Of a stretch of 64,000 nucleotides of DNA, positions 1 to 12,159 are shown in pieces. The translations under genes and the position numbers were made by a program. Source of the stretch: Octopus vulgaris. Its lineage: Eukaryota. Within the stretch, counting starts at the first letter, position 1; every line of letters begins with the position of its first letter. The stretch lies in contig OX597814.1 in NCBI GenBank assembly GCA_951406725.2, forward strand, positions 130,386,001 through 130,450,000, given 5' to 3'. The notes beneath the pieces are model-generated. The model was not told the DNA's origin. It saw nothing but the letters and a program-made list of their open reading frames with translations, and did no database searches.

Positions 1-611
1 TGAACTCGGAATCATGTGATTGGAAAACAAACTTCTATGGCTGAATCTTTATACACTTCAGTAGATATTCTTCCACAATCTGAGAATGTTCAACTATTCA
101 AGAATTTACACGCATAAATAGAAATTATATAATTATTCACGTTGCATACAAGACAGAAATTCAGTCATATATGTTGCTAGCTTAAGAATTCTATACCAAC
201 AGAAGTCACTTGAAGGCTTTCCATTTCAATTATTTTAATTGTAGCTGCTCTACATAAGTCCCTTGCAGGTCGCAGATATACTGTTGGTACAAGCATATTC
301 TTAATTATCTTGCTGAAATAGAAATAGAAACACTTTTCCATGCTTTGGTTCAATTATTCTCTCTTGGTTTGCTAATTTCTCTTCTGCTTCTCGAACAGTT
401 CTGGTCAGCTACTTTATTCTTAAATAACTAACCCTTAACCCTGGATTGAAATCTGTCTTCAATTTATTAATCAACAGTTAACTCTTAGCTGCAATACTAG
501 AACTCTTAGTATAACTCAAACTATGCTCTGTCTAACTCTCTCTCCCACCTCTCTCTCTCTTTCCCTTTTTCTGTATATGTGTGTGTTTGTGTGTGTATGT
601 GTGTGTGTGTG

Positions 612-658
<47 letters not shown>

Positions 659-850
659 CGGGAAGGTTTACGAAAATAAACAAAAGACGAAGGCAGGTGG
701 AGTACAAACAAACAAATGTATTAGTATGGCGCTCAGGAATAGAAATAGAACAAGTCTTTTACGTTTCGAGCCTACGCTCTTCGACAGAAAGATACACAGA
801 AAAAAACAAGGAGAAAAACAAGGAGAGAAAAAAATGCGTGTAGGAGCTAA
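659..850 (-). mobile_element. Penelope-pLTR-like repeat fragment carrying a minimal hammerhead-like motif (755-792)
   Basis: The minus strand reads TCTTT-CTGTCGA-A-GAGC(GTAG)GCTC-GAAAC-GTA-AAAGA. Homologous copies lie at 47285-47465 (+) and 38445-38632 (-). Confidence 0.6.
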
Positions 851-1023
851 CACATTTACACACACACACATGAGTGGTGGAGGTATGTATGTATATATAT
901 ATAGAGAGAGATATTTTAAAAACAATACGTTGGTAGTGACTTCAAAGTTTCGGCTCTCGTTGGAATTCTGAAGTATAACCTAAAAGTTGTAATAACTAAA
1001 GAATTGTAAAAAAAAAAACAATC

Positions 1024-1183
1024 AGGAGTGGCTGTGTGGTAAGTAGCTTGCTTACCAACCACATGGTTCCGGGTTCAGTCCCACTGCGTGGCATCTTGGG
1101 CAAGTGTCTTTTGCTATAGCCCCGGGCCGACCAATGCTTTGTGAGTGGATTTGGTAGACGGAAACTGAAAGAAGCCTGTCGTA

Positions 1184-1264
<81 letters not shown>

Positions 1265-1480
1265 ATGTTTGTGTGTCTATGTTTGTCCCCCTAGCATTGC
1301 TTGACAACCGATGCTGGTGTGTTTATGTCCCTGTCACTTAGCGGTTCGGCAAAAGAGACCGATAGAATAAGTACTGGGCTTACAAGGAATAAGTCCCGGG
1401 GTCGATCTGCTCGACTAAAGGCGGTGCTCCAGCATGGCTGCAGTCAAATGACTGAAACAAGTAAAAGAGAGTAAAGAGAG
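1024..1480 (+). mobile_element. tRNA-derived SINE family A, full length, with internal (TA)n/(TG)n tract
   Basis: A-box-like TGGCTGTGTGG and B-box-like GGTTCAGTCCC head; 3' end GGCGGTGCTCCAGCATGG...GACTGAAAC plus GTAAAAGA-type tail. More than 10 homologous copies in the window. Confidence 0.9.
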
Positions 1481-2309
1481 AGAATCTTATAGACTAGCCA
1501 AAGTATATATCAGAGTTAAGACACAACGAAAATGCAAACTTGACAATCTCAGACGGACAAGAACATCAATATAGAAGCTTAAATGTAGTAATGTAGCAGC
1601 TGCTTTAACTATGACGCAAAGCGGATACTCCTTCATATCAACACCATGGAAACCCAAACTCATACCGAAGAGGATAAAAGATAAGTGAACAAATAATGAA
1701 GTCACACAACTGAAAAAAAAATATCCAAGAAATAAGACATTACAAAAAGAAGAATCTGAAGTAAAAAAAAAAATCTGCTTAAATCAAGAGCGCCTCACCC
1801 TCCGTGACACGAGCCTTAGCCCTGGTAGCACAATCTTCTTGACTCGTGTTGAGAGCCATTTATCAACTTGTCCTCTAACTCGTTCTTTGAATCTATTTTT
1901 GCCTCTGCCATTCATTCGCTAAACATGATAAATTCTATTCTTATAGCTCTTTCCAGAGGCCATCATCAATTCTTTTTATGATGCCTAATAATTGTTCTCT
2001 GCCCAAGTTGTAGTATTGTCACGCCGAGAATGACGCATTCAGATTCCAGCAAGCCGTAACGTACCTATGTGCTTGAGCGTATTTTCAGATCCTAAATATG
2101 CAATCTATGTAGGCGACCGGTTGAAATTGTGGACACCCTTATATTCTTTTATTCCTTTAGTAGTTTCAGTTGTAGGGACTACAGCTAAGTTGGAGCACTG
2201 CCTTAATTTACTTTCTTCCAGTTTTGTTGCCCTCACTTTACAATTACCCTATCTAAATACAATGTGTGTGACAGATTTGCTTGTCGATTGTTTGACTTTA
2301 ACCAGTTGA

Positions 2310-2740
2310 GCGCGTCCCTTAGTAGCTGACGATATGTGCATCTCTGATCACGAGCAGAAGTAATTGGGGTGGGGATGGGGTCATAGCCATGTGTTGAGAG
2401 GAATTATGTGGGGTTTGAATTATTCACCTCTGGAAACTTGGGTGTTTCATTCAAAATCCTTAAGCAAGCCCTATTTTGAGCGGGTGATCTATTCGACCTG
2501 ACGAAAATTCTAACTGGATCCCGCCTGCAAGTTCATGCGCTGTTTATCTTGATATGAGATCACCAAGTCCCGCTCATATGGTTGTGATGCATGTGCGTGA
2601 TGTACCCTTATCAGATGGGTGGTAACGATGCGTATACTGGGCTTCGTATATTTTACCCCAGTGTCACGCGCTCATCTCTCACTCAATAATGATACAATAA
2701 TAATAATAATAATAATAGTAACGATAATAATAATAATAGT
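2310..2740 (+). mobile_element. Retroposon 3' segment ending in a (TAA)n tail; second partial copy at about 2930-3065
   Basis: Two homologous copies share ...TACCCTTATCAGAYGGG...CACTCAATAAT followed by TAA repeats. Confidence 0.6.
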
Positions 2741-2749
2741 TCCCAATTT

Positions 2750-2932
2750 TGACTCAAGGACAACAATTTTGGGAGGGGAATAATTTATTTCTTCGACTTG
2801 GTACTTATTTTATCAACCCCGAAAGGATGAAGGCAAAATCGACCTTGGCGGAATTTGAACTCAGAACGTAAAGATATAGAATTTCGCTAAGCACCTTGCT
2901 CTGCATACAAACGTTTCTGCCAGCTTGTCACC
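2750..2932 (-). mobile_element. SINE family B, diverged
   Basis: Homologous to 27361-27590 (GACCTTGGCGGAATTTGAACTCAGAACGT, B-box-like). Confidence 0.75.
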
Positions 2933-3111
2933 GAGGTCACCATTTCACGCACATATAGTTTTGATACATGTGTCTGATGTACCGTTATCAGACGGGTAGT
3001 CACGAGGGGCATATTGGGCATCACTTTGATGTTATGCGCTGCTCTTTCACTCAATAATAATCATAATGAGAATCCTTGTCGTCGTCATCATCATCATCAT
3101 CATATTGTTAT

Positions 3112-3421
3112 TATCACGTGATCACGTGACCGACCAGGCTATCACATGTTGTTACACATTGCTGGTCACAATGCGTTCCGCATTGTTTTAGCCTTCAAAT
3201 GACGCCTACCCACTGGCTAAGCGAGCAAGCCAACAGAAGAAAGAGTGAGTGGAAGTCGCAGCGAAAGAGTTCAGCAGGGATCGCCACCACCCCCTGCCGG
3301 AACCTCGTGGAGCTTTAAGTGTTTTCGCCCAATAAACACTCACAACGCATGGTCTGGGAATCGAAACCGTGATCTTACGACCGCGAGTTCGCTGCCCTAA
3401 CCACTGGGCCATTGAGCCTCT
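3112..3421 (-). mobile_element. tRNA-derived SINE family C
   Basis: Minus head GAGGCTCAATGGCCCAGTGGTTAGGGCAGCG...GGTTTCGATTCCC; homologous to 8179, 39502 and 48209; ATTGTTAT on both flanks (possible TSD). Confidence 0.85.
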
Positions 3422-4469
3422 GAATTGTTATATTGGGTTCAAATTCCACTGAGGTTGACTCTGCCTTTCAACTTTTCGGGGTCGATAAACCAAGTACCAA
3501 CTGAGCGCTGGGGGTCACTATAATGGACTCACACTTGCGCCGAAATAACAAGTATTGTGCCAGAATTTGAAACCGATATTGATATCATCATCATCATTAT
3601 CATCAGCATCTCTGTTAGCATCTACAAATTTGTAGCGATTCTGTAACAAGCTGAAACTGCGATAATAGAATATACAATTGAAAAAACCATAAAAGACATT
3701 TAAAATAAATACTAAAAAAAAGTAATCACTTTAGATTTGAAATTACTTCAAGCCCCATAAACTGTTCCTTTCAAAATGTATAAGTATTACAACACTCATT
3801 TCTTTGCTCATAGACTCACATAGCGTGTTTTATTTAGTGTATTGTATCTTTACTGATTTTTTTCTTTCTCTTTTCACAATTATGGTCGAAGTAATGAATA
3901 GATAAGGCAGTTAGATATTAAATATCATTCTATACAAATTGATTCTTTCGCCGAATGCTTCAAGGCGGGGGCGTTCCTTGCTTCGCAGTTTTACTTTTCA
4001 ATATTTTGAAATAACAATCTAAGAAATCAATATTAAAATGTTAATAATCAATATTTGAAATAACAGTTTTCTTTCTTTCGATTTCAGCAATGTAATAATA
4101 TTCTTTTTTATACATTTTTTTTCCATTATGCTGTATTAACATCATCTATTTTGTGAATTTATTATGTATTTTCTATATTAATTTATCGATATAGTTCATG
4201 TATTTATATATTTACTTTTCGTCTATTTAATTATTTTAGTACTTATTTATCTATCAACGTATTTTCGTACTTTTTACATATTTATATATTGTGTCTATTC
4301 ATAAGCGTTTTTTTTTTTCTTGTACATTTATATCTTTGTTATTCTGTATCATGTATCTATTTTTTGCGCTTATGTATAAATTTTCTGAATTTATTTATCT
4401 ACACGATATGTGAATTGTTATACCTATGTATCTAATGTGTGTATTTAGGTTGCTATGTATGTAGTTCAG

Positions 4470-4519
<50 letters not shown>

Positions 4520-4781
4520 TTTATACATACATACACACACAGATATATATATATACACACACAGATATATATATATAACTGCTCCGAATACAAAGTGATC
4601 TAGATACATAAATTACAATGTGCATACATACATACATACCTCATATGTGTGTGTGTTTGTGTGTGTATTTGTACCTTACCGTAACTTAGTTGGTATGGGC
4701 TGCTCTTTAATACGATAATGATAACAACAACAACAACAACAAGAATAATAATCCTCGTCCTCGTCATCATATTATTATGTA

Positions 4782-4814
<33 letters not shown>

Positions 4815-5177
4815 GCGTGTGTGTATATGTATATATATATATATACTAGCTCGCACAACAGTCGTTTTCTTCCTGGTATGTACACACACACACATACACA
4901 CACACTGCATAAACACCGAGTCACACTCTCATACACATGCATACTTACAAATGTGCCTGCATACATATAAATGTATTTAATTATAGATATGTGTATACAC
5001 GTGTGCGCGCATAAAAACATATTGTGTGCAGTTATATATTTTGTGTTATGCAGGTTTTGAATTCATCATATATATATGCGAATGCGTAACAATAATTTAA
5101 GGTGTTCCACCCACCAAAAAGAATAAAATAAAATATATCGACAATAAATTTCAGGCAGTGAAATTATATATATATAT

Positions 5178-6067
5178 AAATCGCTAAGATGATCTGGTTC
5201 TTGACTGATGACTGAGGGCTTCGAATGTCCCGTCCTGTGGTTCTTGTGTCGTCTCTGTGGTGTTTCATGTTCTTGTCCATGTCTGTAATTATTTTTACTG
5301 TTTACATATATAATCGGCGGCTACGTATCCACAATTGTCCTTATACGATAAGTATATTTTTTCTCTAGCATTGATACGACTCTTGATCTGTCTCTTTCTC
5401 TCTCTCTCTCTCCTCCCTTATTCCCCTTCCTTTCTTTCCCTCTCCATCCGTCTTTCCCCCCCTTCTACGTTTCTCTATCTCTCTCACCTCCAGTCCCCTC
5501 GATCTGTCTCTTTCTTCTCCTCCCTCGTCCACCTTCTCTCTCTTCTCATCTGTCCCTTTCTCCTGGCTTTTGTTCTCACGTGACCGCTAGCCGCTGCTGA
5601 GCGCTCTTTTCGTTCCAGCAGTCGCCGAAGCAACACGTATTTGTTCGTCTCCCTGCGGCCATTAGGCACAACTTCATAAGCCAGCCCTAAACTCAACTCG
5701 TCCTGTCGAAACACCCTTGTCCTACGTCCTGGTTTTGTTTTGTTTTTTATTTTTACCGTTATTGTTTTTACGTTTTTGTATTCTTATTGGTGTCACGTAT
5801 TCTGTATTTTTGTTCGTGTACTTCGTTCGTTTTCCGTCCTCGTGTTGTATACATTCGAAGCTTTCTTCCAGGGGATCTAATGCGCTTGGCTTAGATTTCC
5901 CTTGGCGGGCTGCCCAAATCGGAGCAATCTCAAGATTAATCAGCCGAAATTGCTAAGATGATCTGGTTCTTGACTGATGACTGAGGGCTTCGAATGTCCC
6001 GTCCTGTGGTTCTTGTGTCGTCTCTGTGGTGTTTCATGTTCTTGTCCATGTCTGTAATTATTTTTAC

Positions 6068-6076
<9 letters not shown>
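5178..6076 (+). mobile_element. ORF-less Penelope-pLTR-like element with partial 5' duplication of its 3' end and a permuted hammerhead-like motif
   Basis: 5183-5310 is an essentially exact direct repeat of 5952-6079; TA flanks; diverged homologue at about 13170-13660 (-). Confidence 0.65.
5908..5987 (+). ncRNA. Putative non-circularly permuted (pseudoknotted) hammerhead ribozyme
   Basis: AGCAA-TC(5929)-TCAAG ... CAGCC-GAAA-TTGCT ... CTTGA-CTGATGA. Stems I and III pair perfectly, and stem III covaries with the 13.3-kb copy. Confidence 0.6.
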
Positions 6077-6131
<55 letters not shown>

Positions 6132-6170
6132 CATATATATATATATGTTTATATATATATATATATGTAT

Positions 6171-7307
6171 ATATTAATAGTTATCGCCAAACTAACATGG
6201 CAGTCCATAAATATAAGACTAAAGCTGTCGCTGATTAGCTCCAAGAGGTCATCGCCTCTAGCTAGCTATATGACACACGAACCTGCGTCCATTACAACCT
6301 TCGAACAGGGGAGGTCAGCCGCTTCACCTTGCTGGTCAGACATCTGCAGACATGTTTCAGGGTTGTTGCCCTTTATCAATGCAGCGTAGTGAGACCCAGC
6401 AGGTGTCGCTACCGACCGTCTGTTCGAAGATTTTATTTACCTAGTTACAGTGGAATACATCCACTTGTTTTCAATAATAGAAATATTAAAATTACTAAGT
6501 CTCTCTAAAGGAGATTACAGCAGCGTTACTGGATATTAATAGTTATCGCCAAACTAATATGGCAGTCCATTAATATAAGACTAAAGCTGTCGCTGATTAG
6601 CTCCAAGAGGCCATCGCCTCTTAGCTAGCTATATGACACACGAACCTGCGTCCATTACAACCTTCGAACAGGGGAGGTCAGCCGCCTCACCTTGCTGGTC
6701 AGACATCTGCAGATATGTTTCAGGGTTGTTGTTCTTTATCAATGTAGTGTAGTCAGACCCAGCAGGTATCGCTACCGACCGTCTGTTCGAAGATTTTATT
6801 TACCTAGTTACAGTGGAAACATCCACTTGTTTTCAATAATAGAAATATTAAAATTACTAAGTCTCTCTAAAGGAGATTACGGCAGCGTTACTGGATATTA
6901 ATAGTTATCGCCAAACTAATTAGAGAGACTTAGTAATTTTAATATTTCTATTATTGAAAACGAGTGGATGTATTCCACTGTAACTAGGTAAATAAAATCT
7001 TCGAACAGACGGTCGGTAGCGACATATGCTGTGTCTGACTACGCTGCATTGACAAAGGACAACAACCCTGAAACATGTCTGCTGATGTCTGACCAGCAAG
7101 GTGAAGCGGCTGACCTCCCTTGTTCGAAGGTTGTAATGGACGCAGGTTCGTGTGTCATATAGCTAGCTAGAGGCGATGGCCTCTTGGAGCTAATCAGCGA
7201 CAGCTTTAGTCTTATATTTATGGACTGCCATATTAGTTTGGCGATAACTATTAATATCCATGTAACGCTGCCGTAACCTCCTTTAGAGAGACTTAGTAAT
7301 TTTAATA

Positions 7308-7313
<6 letters not shown>
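6171..7313. repeat. About 362-bp unit: two direct copies (6171, 6533), a stub (6895-6920) and an inverted copy (6920-7313); each copy carries a minimal hammerhead
   Basis: Direct comparison of the units; TA microsatellite on both flanks. Confidence 0.9.
6344..6384 (-). ncRNA. Minimal type I hammerhead ribozyme, U3-A8 core variant
   Basis: CTGCA-TTGATAA-AGGG(CAACAA)CCCT-GAAAC-AT-GTC-TGCAG. Further copies at 6707-6747 (-, degraded) and 7044-7084 (+). Confidence 0.7.
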
Positions 7314-7354
<41 letters not shown>

Positions 7355-7418
7355 TATTTCTTTACTGCCCAGAAGGGACTAAACATAGAGGGGACATATT
7401 CATATAAAACTATATATC

Positions 7419-7467
<49 letters not shown>

Positions 7468-8178
7468 ATGTATGTATGTATGTATGTATGTATGTATGTA
7501 TGTATGTATGTATGTATGTATGTATGTATGTATGTTCTATGTATGCATGTATATATGTATCTGACTGTACGTAGATAGATATTCTTAGACGGTGGATGAA
7601 ACTAAATAGCTTTTTCAATCATTCAAATAACTTTTTTTAATACGTTAGTAAATTTGTTTAGTTAAATCTGATTAGTGAAAATCTCCTAGTTTTCTTTCAT
7701 AAATTTACCAACTCTTAGTGTGGCAATATTCATTTCCTTGGTGTTGGTGTATTATGTATATTAGGAATCTCTAGGAAACACGACTTAAATATAATGCTTC
7801 TTCCTCAAATATGATCAGTAATACAGTCTCAGTCAATGAACTGCATGGCACGAATGACGTTATTTGTGGAGATCAATACATCTCAGAAAAGCATGAATAC
7901 CTCACATGTTCGTTAATTGAGATTATGAACAAAGACAACGCTCACAACTATGAATTAGACGCGTTCAGAAATTACCAACTTGTGACAAGATTTGAAGCTC
8001 CGAGCAGCTTATCTAACGTTCAGCACTTTACCTACTCAAAAACTTGTGTTTCCTCTACATGGTTTTACATGAAGAATTCATGAGGATAAATTGCTCAGTC
8101 CCAAAATTCTACAACTGCTATGATCAAAGGCATTCCTTTATAACGTTCGGAATGCTTTTCAGGCATAGTGTACCTCAG

Positions 8179-8484
8179 TCGAGGCACATGGCCTAGTCGT
8201 TAGAGCAGCTGACTCACGGTCGATGGATCGCCGGTTCGAATGTCAGGCCGGGTGATGTATGTGTTTATGAGCGAAACACCTGAGCACTACGTGGCTCCGG
8301 CAGAAGGTAATGGCGAACTTCTGCTGACTCTTCCACCACAACTTTCTCTCACTCTTTCTTCCTGCATCTTGCAGCTCACCTGCGATGGACCGGCGTCCCG
8401 TCCAGGTGGGGAACCTATACGCCAAGAAACCGGGAAACCGGACCTTATGAGCCAGGCGTGGCTCGAGAAGGAACAAAACAACAA
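8179..8484 (+). mobile_element. SINE family C with 15-bp target-site duplication
   Basis: tRNA-like head, (CAA)n tail, TSD CATAGTGTACCTCAG at 8164-8178 and 8485-8499. Confidence 0.9.
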
Positions 8485-9229
8485 CATAGTGTACCTCAGA
8501 TACCATTTTCAGTAGTTCTCTTTTAAATTGTAGAGATTAATTTGGGAGAAATTTCACTGTTATTCTTAGCAAAGCGCTTATCAGGTTCTGTTGTTTTTTT
8601 TAACTCATAATGCAAAGACTACTAGGGGCAGCAGTTGTAGGTTTTAGAAACTGAGCAGAGCAAAGAACTAACGTCCTATCTATGGGTGGATGGATTTAAA
8701 CACCACTCTGTCCGCCGTCCCTTTAGTATTAGGAAAAACTAAAAATGTGTTGCAGACTTGTGGATTCTTGTGATTTGGAAAGAAATATAATTTTTTAATC
8801 ACATACTGTGTTAGTGAACGAATAAAAGTCACCCGGAAGTTAAGCGCTTGCCTGTGTATGAGTGCGCGCGCGTGCCTGTGTGTGTATACAGAACACATCA
8901 ATACGTAGGACTCCAAAAATGGCTAGGTACAATAGTATAGGGCTCATAGTGAAGTAAAACAACCATCAATGTATCATGTGTTGGTAGGATTCTGTAGATA
9001 TGTAAGTACCATATCTAACTACAACCGTAGATTCAACTAAGGGCTGGTTCTAGGTGCGGTGTATTTATAAAAAAAAAACGAAAGCGAGGGTTTAAAATTC
9101 GCGACAGCTCTTTCGGTAGAACTTTATTTAGTTATTCATAGAATACATCATAATATAAATCCATCTTCAGGTAAGATTTTAAACAGGTATAAATAGCGCC
9201 ACGTTCTTCTGCATCTCAAATGCCAGGTC

Positions 9230-9537
9230 ACTTTTAAGTTTATCTCAACAGATCTTCTATAGAATTTTCGTATACAAATACGTGTGTGTGAACAATGTGA
9301 TCGAAGAAAGAAAAATATGTAAAGGGTGCATAAGCATATTTCAGAAGTTTATTGCTCCTTCTTATTGCACATTCAGGAGGGAATTACTGTTCCTTCAGGA
9401 GCAATAACTCCTGAAATATGCACACGTATCAATTTCCTAGTTTTCTATTTTCGATCGCATTGCTGACAAAGACATATTCGGATACGAAACGTCGTAACTG
9501 GTTCTAGATTCTACCTGTAGAGATAAACTTAAAACTG
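9230..9537. repeat. Imperfect inverted repeat of about 300 bp
   Basis: Arm pairs include TTTTAAGTTTATCTC/GAGATAAACTTAAAA and GCATATTTCAGAAGTTTATTGCTCCT/AGGAGCAATAACTCCTGAAATATGC. Confidence 0.75.
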
Positions 9538-10215
9538 AATTTACCGTAACTGCTAACGCAAAAGTAGGATACAATATAAACTTATAAATCTTTATTATAC
9601 TTGGTAGTATATTATAATTGCAATACGAAATACGTTGGTGCTACCAACAATTAAAAACTAAATCAGCTCTGAAATGCAAAAAAATATTTCAGCTGCTCGC
9701 ATACAAAGCAAGAACAATTATGTCCAGTATTTGACATATTCTTTAGAATATCCACACCATTAACAGACAAATTTGATCAGTTATTACGAAAACTATACAA
9801 AAGTTCATTTTGTATCAAAGCCATAAATAATCGCAAAAAGGAGAAAAGGAAGAATAAAGTGTTTGGCGAGTAACCTTTTTACGACCATAGAGAATGGTTT
9901 GGAGAAACTTTGGATGTTAATTTTAGTTGGTTTCGTAACCACTTCTAGATTCCCTCGTTGTCTCGTGAAAGAATTGTGGTCTACAGCGATGACTCGTGTC
10001 TAATAATACTCACAATGATCCTGTGCATAAAGATTTCTGCATGCAACGCCTGCAAATCTTCATTTCTTCAACACACACACACACACACACACAAGTGTAT
10101 GGACAAACGAAAGAAAAGAGCAGTCATCACATTTAGCAGGAGTTACATGAATGATTTAAAACAGTTTGATTCCATGGAACCGTATCAAGCTATTTTAAAT
10201 AATACATACATAAAT

Positions 10216-10322
<107 letters not shown>

Positions 10323-10339
10323 TATATATATATATATAT

Positions 10340-10412
<73 letters not shown>

Positions 10413-10416
<4 letters not shown>

Positions 10417-11290
10417 TAATAATATCGAGGTAATAAAAATTTTAGAAATTTTTACTACCACTGGCCTAGCGTATAGAAAAGTTAGTCGATAGACTATATA
10501 TTATTCATATAAAATACAGTGTACATTTAAACACATTAAGAGGTATCCATCAAAGGAATCCCTTATGCTAGAAGGAACAGCTAAAGTTCAAACCACTAAT
10601 TAGGGATAAAATCTCGAAGGGAATGAAAAATAAAAATATTTGCCATCTATTTACTGGACCATAGTTTCTGACGTTTTTTTAGCAAATAAAATAATTTTCC
10701 AGGCGAAGTCTTCGTCAACAGATACGCCAAGATTAAACATATAAGTACGAGGCGTATCCAGCATGTGCCTCTTGCTTGCACATTTTAAATTTTCAAATCC
10801 ACCGCGCAAGTGCAGTTTTTTGTCGGCAGCAAAAAAAGAAAAAAAAATGCCGGCAATTTCTTCGAACGATTTTCCAGAAATCATTATACATAATTAATTA
10901 TATCAGGGTAATAAAGATTTTGGAAATTTTTACTACCAGTGGCCTAGCGTATAGAAAAATTAGTCAACAGACTATATATTATTCATATAAAATACAGTGT
11001 ACATTTAAACACATTCAGCGGTATCCATCATAGAAGGAACAGCTAAAGTTCAATCTACTAATTAGGGATAAAATCTCGAAGGGATTCCTTCTAGCGTAAG
11101 CGAGTCCTATGATGGATAGCTCTTAGTGTGTTTAAATGTACACTGTATTTTATACCAGTGGCCTAGCATTTATAAAAAGTCAATAGACAACATATTCTTA
11201 ATATAAAGTAGAGTACATTAAAACACAAAAGAAACTGCCTTCAACAAGCAGTTTTACACGCTAGAAGAAGTAGTCAAAACGACCAAAACC
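10413..11290. repeat. About 478-bp unit with partial direct copy (10891-11084), inverted piece (11085-11153) and older copy (11154-11290); degenerate hammerhead at 10652-10724 (-)
   Basis: Direct comparison; colinear homology with the 483-bp unit at 36716. Confidence 0.8.
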
Positions 11291-11321
11291 ACATTTAAGA
11301 GCTAAATTGCTCTTAAATATG

Positions 11322-11382
<61 letters not shown>

Positions 11383-11704
11383 ACTTACATGATGCAAAGG
11401 AAAACTTTATGATATTCTGTGAGTAATAGAACAAACACGACTTTAAACGATCAACCTAGATGTGTTAATATTCAAATGCTAAAACCAGCGATTTTGGTGG
11501 TGTCAAAATTTTTATTTTTGAGCTAACGCCCGCAACGGGCAATCAGTACATGTCAACAGCAAACGATATTCATCTCATGCTGGTTAGAATTAATTGGTAG
11601 CAACCGAATATTTCAAAATGCAACTTCATGTAGTGACTAAAAGCAGGCAGAGACGAGGAAATAGGGATTTAATGTGCACCTATGATATGTGTATATGTAT
11701 ATGA

Positions 11705-11755
<51 letters not shown>

Positions 11756-12159
11756 TGTGTGTATGTGTATAACGGGTCTGTATAAATTCATATGAGCTAT
11801 ACGCACTCGCACGCTTGTATGTGTGTGGGTGTGTCTGTGTGTGTTAAAATCTAATTCTGCATCAGTCGCTGCACGTACATTCTCTTCCATGAATTGCAGG
11901 TATCTGATGATCAGGAGTGAGAAAGAAACTTTTATGCATATAAATACAAATCGCTTATTGGCGGGAACTGTTTGGCATGTAAGAATGTATCGAAAAAAAA
12001 AAACATAGAAAGGTTTATAAAAAATATAAAAAGAAACAGTTATCGGTAAATATATATCTTCTCACATGAATTCATATGAAGCACAATGTGTTCAGGCAGA
12101 CTGTTTTTTTTTCTGTAGAAGACCCCCTGTCATAAATTTGGGGGAATTTCTTTAATAGG

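Noticed and set aside
1441-1458. Hairpin plus GAAAC at SINE and LINE 3' ends read as a hammerhead
   Set aside because: No CUGANGA strand and no stems I or III; better explained as an RT recognition signal.
1490-2130. Possible 3' end of an L1/Tx1-like element on the minus strand
   Set aside because: Composition is suggestive, but no diagnostic motif could be read.
7811-8083. 90-aa ATG-initiated ORF
   Set aside because: No recognisable domain or splice context; consistent with chance.
11527-11550. GCCCG-CAA-CGGGC hairpin resembling a Helitron 3' end
   Set aside because: No CTRR terminus at the expected distance and no matching 5' end.
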